From NCBI GenBank assembly GCA_951406725.2, contig OX597816.1:178064001-178128000 (forward strand): a stretch of 64,000 bases of DNA, read 5' to 3'. Below the pieces are notes generated by a model. It made no database searches and was not told the DNA's origin. It was given only the letters and a program-made list of their open reading frames with translations. Each line of letters opens with the position of its first letter. The first letter of the stretch is position 1. Source of the stretch: Octopus vulgaris (lineage: Eukaryota). Made by a program: the position numbers and the translations under genes. Below are positions 53,322 through 64,000 of the stretch, one piece after another.

Positions 53322-55167
53322 AATATATATGAAGGCTATAGTTGAAAACATTTGTCAAACAGGATATCAAGAAGTTGCTAGACGAACTTCAATGCAAGAG
53401 TCACTCTGCACTTATCTCAATACGAAGTTCGATCGCTACCACTGATTTCATATATTGGATCAAGTCGGAAGTGAGGTATTGTCGGTTGAATCGATTTTGG
53501 GAGTCGTCTAACCGAATCTGAATGGATGTGAAAGAAAGTTCGTCTGTGGTGAGGAGGGGTGTCAATGGCAACTGAATGAGCTTGTGGCTTTAGGAATGAC
53601 GCTTTCTATTCTGTTTAAAACTTTTTTAATTCAAATGTTCTGCATTATTGCTGCTTTTAAACAAAAACCTATATTTTGATGATGTTTTTTGATCAAGAAA
53701 ACCCAGCGAGTAGGCTTTTACGTGGATTGTTTACCTGCTAGAAGTAGCAGCTAAATCTCGCTGAAATAATAACGTGTCTTAGAAAGAAAGACGATGACAA
53801 GTTCACAGTTGGAATATCTTTGACCTTAATCATGACTGACAGCAGCAGCAGTGGGAACATTGTCGCTAAATGTAGAATGTTATCTATATTTAGCGACAAT
53901 GTAAAAAATCAAGCGCCTGATCCATCGAGATAATCAAACGAACGAAAAATATTCGGTTGAAAACAACTTCCTACGTCAATGAAGTATTAAAATTGCTAAA
54001 CGACCGATTTTAAAAGCCACTGAGGAACTGGACGATCGGTGGACTTTATTTTTCTACATAACACACGCACGTGCGAGCACACAAGACCTCAGTCTCTCAT
54101 TTTGTTTGTCTCTCGCTGTCTTTGTCATTAAAGAAAAGCATCAGACATGTTCAGTTTATATCCAGAGCAAACCTCAAACTGCTGTTTTTGATCCCTATGG
54201 TTTAATAAAAGGCTTTTTCAATGAAAGATGTAATTTTGAATTTGTGGTGGGTAATGACATAAAAGGGGGAAGATTCCAGTGAGTTCAAAATGGAAGCTGG
54301 ATTTTTCCCCCCGGCTATGCCTATTTCCCGTCAATAATGTCTCTCCGGAAATTAACAGGTCTGATCCCATCGTTTTAATTAATGGTTTCAAGAATCGATT
54401 CGCGTTGTAGACACCTTGGACAAGTATCATTCTAAGAAATAAGGCAGCGAGCTAGCAGAATCGGAAACCTACCAGACAAAATGCTAAGTGGCATTTCTTC
54501 CAACATTAAGTTCTGAGTTCAAATTCCACGAGGTCGAATTTACCTTTCTTCCTTTCATCGACTGGGGTCGATGTCATTGACCAACCCCTTCATTCAAAGT
54601 TCCACCCTTGTGCCTATTGTAAAAAGAATTAATGGTTTCTAATTTAGGCAAAAAGGCTGGCAGTTTTTAGGAGAGATGTTACTCGATACTCGATACCACT
54701 AGATTGGTACTTTATTTTATCGACCCTGAAATAATGAACGTCAAAGATAACGTTAGCAGAATTTGAACATAGAACGTAAGAAGCCAGAAGAAATTCTGTA
54801 AGACCATTTTTCCTGAAATGCTAACGATTCCGCCAACTCACCATCTTCTGAGCCCCTCCCACTAATGAACGACACTGATCACGAGGTATCCAGTAATCGA
54901 CTCTCATTTATGACACTACAACATTCAATGCATGACGTAGATAAATGTACTTTACCGTTGTGAAATCAGATTTTAGGTTTATAAACAATTATTTGAACTC
55001 TTCGAGTCACAAGACTGAAATACACTCTCTGCATATCACAGTTTAAGTAGAAAGGGGGAATTTTTCTAAGACATTTTCGTGAATGGTATTTCTATTAAAC
55101 AAAAAGGAAAACATACAAAAGAAATTAGCCTATAACTTGTCTTCAATACACACACACACACACACAC

Positions 55168-55212
<45 letters not shown>

Positions 55213-55354
55213 CAATAAAGATTCAAGTTAATTTAAATGAATTTACTTGAATATGGTACCTAACTTAGATGCACCAAAAAAAACTATACTGATTTAACAA
55301 TACAGTAATGTGGGGTGATTATAAGCGAGAATGAAGCAACAAGAATGGATAGGT

Positions 55355-55445
55355 TTTTATTACAATCGTTTCATACAAGGACAGGTTTTATTAAAAGTTG
55401 CAAAAATTACAGCATATAAACGTGTCCCGTACTCATCAGCTAAAA
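55355..55445 (-). ncRNA. Type I hammerhead with long stem/loop II, in a ~340-bp insert (55209-55550) between (TA)n tracts
   Basis: Minus strand: TTTTAG-CTGATGA-GTACGGGACA...TGTCCTTGTAT-GAAA-CGATTG-TA-ATAAAA; one G.A mismatch at the base of stem I. Confidence 0.65.
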
Positions 55446-55550
55446 CACATGTGAGTTCTCTAGACATCCTAGTGGTTGAGGCTATACTCATGAAGTAATG
55501 TAGATAATTAAGTAACATAAACAGATTTCAAAAGTTCATTAAAGTTCTTT

Positions 55551-55823
<273 letters not shown>

Positions 55824-58035
55824 CTAACTTCTGAGACAAAATCTTTGCTTTTCAAATTCTCATTCAAAATGTTTGTTTGTTTATTTGGTTGTTAAGTTGT
55901 TTATTTATAGTGTTGAGCTCCACCACGTCGTATGAGTGGGGAGGGAGTGAATATTTTTCTTGAAAGAATGCTTTAAAAATTACTGAATGCCGGGAAATAT
56001 CTGCTGTCAAGTTGCTAGTTTTGCATTCTACAGACTATTCAAAAAAGAAAATATTTCTCTTCACAATAGCAGCCAATAGAAGTGTCTCCAACATGTGACA
56101 TTTGTAATTCCTGTGAAGTGAGCAGTCGTCTCTTAAAGCTACTGACGCTATTTCCAAGCGACTATGTTGGGTGAGGGAGGAACACCAGAAGTTTATAGAA
56201 ACACAGCAAGCAGCCGAGTTGCTGTGTCTCACAAATTAATCAATAATTTATGCTCACCAAGATAGGTGGCCTGCATTATTGATGAAGAACACTGATTAAC
56301 TATTGCCAGTGATTCTTTTGAAAAGTCCATCTGTTCATCTATTGTCAAACATTATCACGTGGATATCTCCATAGAAAAGATACTCTACAATATTCGGAAC
56401 TATTTAATATTTAAATCAATAAATGGTAATCGAAATAAAGGACTGTCCCACAACTCATTAGGTTGTTAGCCTGCTGGAACTTAATATAAAAACGAAATAA
56501 AATAAGATGTTACAGAGAGAAAGTAAGAGAAAGTAGAAAGTAGTGTTAAAAAAGAAAAAACACTGAATCGAAGAAAAATGTTATTCTAAATCAGAAGACA
56601 AATACACATTAATAAAACCAAAATGGATGACAAAACAAGACACAACTTTAAAAAGGCTGATACTTTTAATGCGTGGTTATCAGAAATATTTAGTACTTTC
56701 GCAGTGTTGTCATTATCATATTTTGATCTCGGAAAAGAAAGTTTAATCTTTCACTGGTTCAGTTCAACAACTCATTGATAAGGTCAACTATGAAGTACAG
56801 CTAGCTTGCCACTGTAAACAGCGATGCCTTATAACCGAGTTGCGTCTTCTTGACTTATAGTTTTGATCCTTCTAAACTCCATCCCATCAAAACGTCCCCA
56901 GTTATACTAACACTGGTTCAGTGTGTTACTGAAAAAAATATACTAATAAATTTCGGAACTTTAGTAGTTTAGAAAGTGATCACACTGAGTTATTGGAAGA
57001 GTTATTGTCAACATTTAAAAAGTTTTTTAAATGTATTCACTTTTCTATAACCATTTTTGTTTGATTTTAATTGGCTGAAATGGCTCTCCCGCGACGTAAT
57101 TCTTATACTTCTAAATTTTTTAATAAACCTGTGTCCCAGATTGTAACTTGTTCGAGGGTTACAGTGTTTGTTAGTGCAACGGAAACATCAGCAAAAAAGT
57201 TTATGGGCGCAAATATGGCTGTGTTATCAACAAGTTCGCTTCACACTCATATGGTTCTTGGTTCGATTTCACCGCATGATACCTTGGGAACGTACCTTCT
57301 CCCATAACCTAAAAATCAATTCAATTCTTGTTGAGTGAAACTGTGGAGACACAAACAATGTGGAATCTCGTTGAATGCACTCAACGTGTTCTGGGCTTCT
57401 GGGATGATAGGCACAATCTGTCGTCTGATTTAACACCACCACCTAGCTCTTGTTTCTGCGAGTTCATTTGCAAGCATTCGGACCAAGTATAATGATAACT
57501 AGATCAAATTGCGTTGCTTCTAACTGGTGCAACTTTAAAGAAGTGAATCACTCTTTCCCTTCTCGCCATCAGTCGTAGAATCCATAGGAAATTCTGCACT
57601 TGTTCATCGGTTAATCGAAATTCAATCAAGTACTCGTCTCAATGACATTTATGTTTCCTTCGATGCCACTTGCTGCAAATTGATCTTATAATTGATCTTA
57701 TAATATAGGTAAGTGATTAGTATCATGTGTGTTGTTATAGGCGATGTAATTACAATTGCAGAATGTTTTTCCTGTACGGTTTGCTTATCTTTCGCTTACA
57801 TTCCTTTTCTTCTCAACCTCTCTTTCCTTGAGGCGAGCTTTCCCAATCGATAGCATGCCGAGCAAAATGCGGAGCGGCATTTAGTCCGTCTTTATGTTCT
57901 GGATTCAAATTCCGTCGAAGTCAAGTTTCCTCTCGCCCTTTCGAGCTCGATAAAATAAGTGCCAGTTGAGCACTGGGGTTGATGTAGTTGACTTACCCCC
58001 TCCACCGAAATTGCTGACCTTGTGTGTATATGATA

Positions 58036-58098
<63 letters not shown>

Positions 58099-58181
58099 TT
58101 TTGGGGGATAGTCATGTTGCTAGTTTAGCCAATGAAAACACACGCACTTGCTTCAGCTTTATTTCATATTAATTGCATTTC

Positions 58182-58225
58182 GACCAGAGTTCTTTCGTCT
58201 CACTTCTGTGACCTCATCAGTGGTC
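58182..58225 (-). ncRNA. Minimal type I hammerhead in a ~155-bp insert between (TA)n tracts
   Basis: Minus strand: GACCA-CTGATGA-ggTCAC agaa GTGAgac-GAAA-GAAC-TC-TGGTC; perfect 5-bp stem I, imperfect stem II. Confidence 0.65.
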
Positions 58226-58499
58226 ATTTGCTTTCTTTTTCTTTTTATGTATATATGTATATATATATATATATATATAGCTATCACTGGGATAGCAACA
58301 TATTTCTCCGAAGTGTTTGATTTTTTCTTTTCGTAAATTTGAAATTACTATAACTTCTTTCTTGAATTTGAAATATATCATAGGATCATTTAAGAAACAT
58401 ATGTAAAGTATATCTTTGAAATAACTTTGGAGAAACTGCAATCCTAGGTCAGGAAAAGAGCAAGATTGAGCGCCTGACACCCATCTCTACCAGTCACCC

Positions 58500-59815
58500 A
58501 ATGTCCCATTGCAGTCGGTAGCAGTTCTACGTTAGCAGTATATAAAGACTTAATGGCGGATTAGAGCCACGACGTTCTCTGAAAAATTCTGGACGTTGAC
58601 GAGGATGAACTAGTTGATCTGTTTCGTTGGACTTTAGGACCGGAAACTACCATGAATAACTTCTAAAAATTTCTAGCCTAGCAGTGTTACCGAGGGGCAC
58701 AACAAGTTTGTGATAAACTCTACAGGCGCGAAAGTCCCACCAGGCGGGACTGTCTGAGATGCACGCGGGACGACGTAACGATACGGCACGAATTCATGCG
58801 GTGCCAGAGTATCGCTAACTTCTGGAGTTATGTCGAACAGCTGTCGATGCGTGCAGGATGAAAGCCGACTATTGGCAGAACCCATCATGAGGAACTCCTA
58901 CCACCCACTTTTAAAAGGTAGGGTAGGCGGTGTTCTTCTGTCTATTGGCTATGGCGAAAGAGGTTGAGTAGTGGACGAGGCCGAGAGAATTGGGAAAAGG
59001 TACCTTCATTTCGGTCAGCCTTCATTGAGTTTGTCTAAGAAAGGAAAGTGAGGTTGTGAGAGAAGTGCTCCAGTAAATTTTTCAAAGGCGGGTGACTGTG
59101 AGAAAAAGTTTCGAATGAATGCGCCTGTAAAGTGGAGAATACACCTGTAGAACTGGTCGGAGCTTAGGCCTTGGTGGTCAGGGTGATTTTGGATCTGTGC
59201 AGTTACTTGAATGGCCCAAGTTGGAGGTTTTCCTCTATCTCGAATACTGCATCATAGATGTGTTCGCATACTATGTAAATATCATACTCTTTACTCTTTT
59301 ACTTGTTTCAGTCATTTGACTGCGGCCATGCTGGAGCACCGCCTTTAGTCGAGCAAATCGACCCCGGGACTTATTCTTTGTAAGCCCAGTACTTATTCTA
59401 TCGGTCTCTTTTGCTGAACCGCTAAGTGACGGGGACGTAAACACACCAGCATCGGTTGTCAAGCAATGCTAAGGGGACAAACACAGACACACAAACACAC
59501 ACTTATATATGTATATATATATACATATATACGACAGGCTTCTTTTCAGTTTCCGTCTACCAAATCCACTCACAAGGCATTGGTCGGCCCGGGGCTATAG
59601 CAGAAGACACTTGCCCAAGATGCCACGCAGTGGGACTGAACCCGGAACCATGTGGTTTGTTAGCAAGCTACTTACCACACAGCCACTCCTGCGCCTATGT
59701 ATACTTTTATCTCATTTTATCCTCCTCTCTCTTTCTTCCCTTCCACTTTTATTATAAACTGTCCTCGTAATGATCCCCTCATGTTATACCCCTGTGGCAA
59801 ATAGGAAAATAATCG
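58500..59815 (+). mobile_element. Decayed L1/Tx1-clade 3' fragment (zf-RVT zinc knuckle), interrupted by a SINE
   Basis: Manual translation LA*QCYRGA..V.DKLYR...CLRCTRDDVTIRHEFMRC..IANFWSYVEQL (C-x2-C-x8-H-x4-C); boundaries approximate. Confidence 0.68.
59285..59696 (-). mobile_element. SINE family A, full length
   Basis: Near-identical to 60996-61411, in the opposite orientation. Confidence 0.92.
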
Positions 59816-60205
59816 TAATTTATTCAGCTCAAGCAATACAGACACTCCTTTGTCAATCCTCGTCGAACCTGTAGGGAATTAGTAATTAGTCCATCGAAAC
59901 CTATAACTATTAATGATATTGTTTACAAAGCGTTTAGTATAGCAAAAACAATTTGGGAAACAAACGATGATAGAATTTTAAAAAGAAGTACTTATGCTGT
60001 TTGATTCAAACTTCTACCGTTCTAATTTAACTATAAAATATTTATAGCACTCAATGCTCCTCAAACATTTACAGGACAACTTTCAGCATCATATCCTAAT
60101 GTTTGTCTAATTATTGACGTATTTCCTTGAACTAAACTGAATAACAATCCATTTTAATCCGTTAAATATTAATCAAGAAACTGTTACCATTTTATCATTG
60201 TCATT

Positions 60206-60905
60206 AAGGCAGTGAACTGGCAAAATCGTAAGTACGCCATAGCACTTATGCTGAGTGGCATTTCGCCCGTCTTTACATTCAGAGTTCAAATTCCGCCGAG
60301 GTTGACTATGTTTGTCATCCTTTCTGCGTCGACAAAATAAGTAACAGTCAGGTACTGGGGTTGATCAAATCAGCTTTCCCCCTCCCTCAAAATTTCAGGC
60401 CTTGTGCCTAGAGTAGAAATCATTATTATTATTATTATTGAAAACAATTGGCACAAGGCGGCGAGCTGGCAGAAACATTAGCAGGCCGGGCGAAATGCTC
60501 AGCAGTATTTCGTCTGTCGTTACGTTCTGGGTTCAAACACCGCCGAGGTCGACTTTGCCTTTCATCCTTTCGGGGTTAATAAATAAAGTACCAGTTATGC
60601 ACTGGGGTCGATGTAGTTGACTTAATCATTTGTCTGTCTTTGTTTGTCCCCTCTATGTTTAGCCCCTTGTGGGCAATAAAGAAATATATTATTGAAAACA
60701 GCGAGCTTCGCAGAATTGCTTCTGTTGCAGACAAAATGCTTAATGGCGTTTCCTCTGACTAAGTTCTGCGTTGAAATTCCTCCGATGGCGACTTTGCCAT
60801 TCATCCTTTCGAGGTCGACAAAATAAAATACCAGATAAGAACTGAGTTCGATGTAATCGACTTGTCCCTCCCCTCAAAATTGTTTTCTTGGGCCTATTAT
60901 AGAAA
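60206..60905 (+). mobile_element. Three head-to-tail SINE family D copies (middle copy 60455-60685)
   Basis: Three aaattccgccgaggtcgactttgcctttcatccttt-like blocks; 14-bp duplication tattattgaaaaca around the middle copy. Confidence 0.8.
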
Positions 60906-60995
60906 GGATTATTACGGTTGTTGTTGTTGTTGTTAATTATCATTGATACGCTTTCGGTGCATATCAAGCACAGTTCTGTATTGAAAGTAAATAAT

Positions 60996-61411
60996 AGGCG
61001 CAGGAGTGGCTGTGTGGTAAGTAGCTTGCCTACCAACCACATGGTTCCGGGTTCAGTCCCACTGCGTGGCACCTTGGGCAAGAGTCTTCTGCTATAGCCC
61101 CAGGCTGACCAATGCCTTGTGAGTGGATTTGGTAGACGGAAACTGAAAGAAGCCTGTCGTATATATGTATATATATATGTGTATGTGTGTGTATATGTGT
61201 GTGTGTCTGTGTTTGTCCCCCTAGCATTGCTTGACAACCGATGCTGGTGTGTTTACGTCCCCGTCACTTAGCGGTTCGGCAAAAGAGACCGATAGAATAA
61301 GTACTGGGCTTACAAAGAATAATTCCCGGGGTCGATTTGCTCGACTAAAGGCGGTGCTCCAGCATGGCCGCAGTCAAATGACTGAAACAGGTAAAAGAGT
61401 AAAAGAGAGTA
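60996..61411 (+). mobile_element. SINE family A, full length
   Basis: Same as the other family A copies. Confidence 0.92.
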
Positions 61412-61479
61412 ATATATCTGCAGTGTCTAGAGGTGCTATTTTCTGCATGTTGTACATATTTGGAACTCCTGAGGTTTTG

Positions 61480-63960
61480 GTTATGTAAGTAAATACATAT
61501 GTTTTGATATCATTCCTAAAACAGCTACTATTTTAGCGATTATTTCTGTTTTAACCCCCATATGTTATTTATCTTCATTTCCAGATCTTTATATTTTGAT
61601 AAATGCTTTATCTTTTCAAGGCATATCTGTTCGGACTGATACATTGATTAGGAAGCATTTATTTTCCCAGTGATCCTTGTTAAGAATATCTACCTTGATC
61701 TCCTTATATCTGTGTATTAGCAGATGCCTCCCTTTTCTGTTAGTATTTCATGATGCTGGCTTAACTTCAAGTGTACGTATGTCCCAACTTATGCATTATA
61801 TCCAGTTATGGATATAATGCATTCTCTCTTGGCTAAGACTGGGAGTCAGAAGACTAATGCTTTCTTCCCTATCTCCACATATTCTGCACTTACTATATTC
61901 TGCTATATGTTTTCGTGGTTTCTGCTGGAAAAATCTTGGCTTGTGCCGCAGTCAAGTATTTTTCAGCCTGTTTTGTATCCAATGCTTCTCAACTAATGTT
62001 GCAACTTTTCCTTGTGTACATTCACTCTATTTAGTTTCTTTCTTATTGTCTGATATTGGGCATGTAGGGGCTTTTCTAACCATCACTTTATCATGGCATT
62101 CTGAAACACTAGTTATAGCTTAAATTTTAGCTTTTACACAATTTCCGTTTATTCTTTTTCTTCATATAAGTCTGTTACTCTGGCATTTGATTTATATTTA
62201 TTGACTTCCCTGATGATGGAAAGTAATTTTCTGTTTCGTTCTCTACTAAAGACTTCTTTTGTAGAGCCTCATTCGACATTTTATAGTAGCTTTCTTGCTG
62301 CATACTCTCCTTCCCACATTTCTGTATCAGACTTTGGGTGATGTATTCTAAACGCAGTCATTATTTTCCTTTTTTCTTTCCCCGTGTGTTTTGTGTGTGT
62401 GTGTGTGTGTGTGCGTGCGTGTGTGTGTGCGTGTGTGTGTATGTGTGTGTATATGTGTGTGTGTGTGCGTGCGTGTGTGTGTGTGTGTTCGTGCGTGTGT
62501 GTGTGCGTGCGTGTGTGTGCGCGCACGCCTTCTCAACTTTTCTTTCATTTGCGTGTGTTAGACAATATCCAGTTCAAGGATCCTAAGTAATTCTTTTTCC
62601 CGTTTCATGGCCAGTGTTCTCTTATTAGCGTTCTTAATTTTCTTCTCTTCGAGATCGTTTTGGCACATTTTTCAAAGCCGAATCTCATTATAGCTTCTTT
62701 GATAAATCTATGAACTATCTGCAGTAGTGTTTCTTATTGCTTATCATGTGCTGCTTATTAGTTCGAGATCATTCATACACAAGTGTTGGTTGCTTGTCTT
62801 ACACTAGTATTTGTTTCTAATGCCAGCAGGCAGAAAAGGGATGGGGAGAGCAATCCCCTTCCGGTTTCTTCTTCTAATGAGGATCGGTCTATTTTTTATA
62901 AGCTCCCAAGTTGTTTGCATCTGTAAAATTGTTCGTCCTTTATTCATGACATGTATCGTGTATTTTCTTTTTATTGCCGCTATCTAATTCATGACTAGTG
63001 TTTCTAGGATCCATGTGTTTAGAATACTGTCCAAAGCTATCTGACAATCAATCTTTGCTCAGGTCTTTCTCCTTTAGTTTTTGGCTACAGTAATTGATTT
63101 TTACAACTAGATAAGTTTTTACAAAACCCCATCTGCCTCCCTCTAAACAAATTTTTTCTAGATGTTTGCTTAATCTCTGCAATATTATTGCTATTAAGGC
63201 TTAGCTGGTTGTAGGAAGGCAGGTTATGAGTTCGTAGTTTTAAGTATCTATGGTTTCTTTAGTTTGGGGGATTAAGATTCTCTCTGGTGCGCCAGTCAGG
63301 TGTTGTCTACAACTCCGTCAGTATTTCATTAAACTTCTCTGCCAGACTATTTAGTCTAACCAGAAGCTAGCAATCTAATCATGTCCTAGTGCTTTACAAT
63401 AGTTTGGCTTTGCAATGTCTGGATTTCTTTTTCCGTTGTTATGGCCATGCATGATTTTTCAGATGCTGTGTTCGTTGTTTTTACCAATCTTTTCCAAGGG
63501 GAATATCTTCGCTTCCTAAACTCCCCAACAAAATTCTTCTTTCCCTGCTGCTGGCGCTACATTGATTTCTATTTTATTTCTACCAAGTTCTTGATAAAAT
63601 CGTTTTGAGTTGGAGCCGACCTGTTTGTTTACTTCAAAGGGTTCATGGCGTTAATCATGCTCACCGATGAATTCTTTGCAATTTAGAGAGGATCGATAGT
63701 TTTAGCGTTCGATCATTTCAGGCACTTCTTGATTGTTATTGAGCAAAAGCAACTGCTTGCTAGCTTAATTAACAAAAATATTATTCTGAGATTCATTGAC
63801 AACACATTTTCTCACCTCTGCTTATTATAATCTCTCTATTTCTCAAGCTAGGATCTAATATTTTTCAATTTTCTCAATTTCCTAGAGAATACAAATTCTT
63901 TATAAGAAGGCAAAGTCAATAATCTTACATATTTTTCTTTTTCTTTACTCCAATATTATA
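61480..63960 (-). mobile_element. Heavily decayed R4/Dong-type element
   Basis: Residual [21 protein letters not shown] and NYELIT-like motifs; interrupted by (TG)n at 62393-62525. Confidence 0.6.
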
Positions 63961-64000
63961 TCTAGTCTTCTTACTTTAAAGGTACGATCAGTTTCTATGC

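Noticed and set aside
56035-56400. Possible host exon
   Set aside because: No convincing frame or splice context; weak resemblance to an old LINE 3' relic.

Overview
AT-rich animal genomic DNA with no recognisable host exon. The SINE families and dense (TA)n/(TAA)n/(CA)n microsatellites look like an octopod cephalopod; this is recognition, not a search result. The window is almost entirely nested mobile DNA. It holds three CR1-group LINEs (APE+RT), five R4/Dong-type restriction-like-endonuclease LINE pieces (several next to (TAA)n), an L1/Tx1 3' fragment, four Penelope-like element (PLE) remnants with GIY-YIG endonucleases, a fold-back mariner derivative and many SINEs. The most striking signal is about a dozen intact or decayed type I hammerhead ribozyme motifs. 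Several lie in small non-coding units (about 145, 345 and 537 nt monomers) with direct and inverted terminal redundancy, inserted into microsatellites, which resembles a retrozyme-like/PLE-dependent circular-RNA system. One PLE carries a U3-A8 compensated hammerhead core. A CR1-group ORF1 appears to combine a Myb/SANT-like domain with a CCCH finger. All calls were made by eye; no database searches or folding programs were run.
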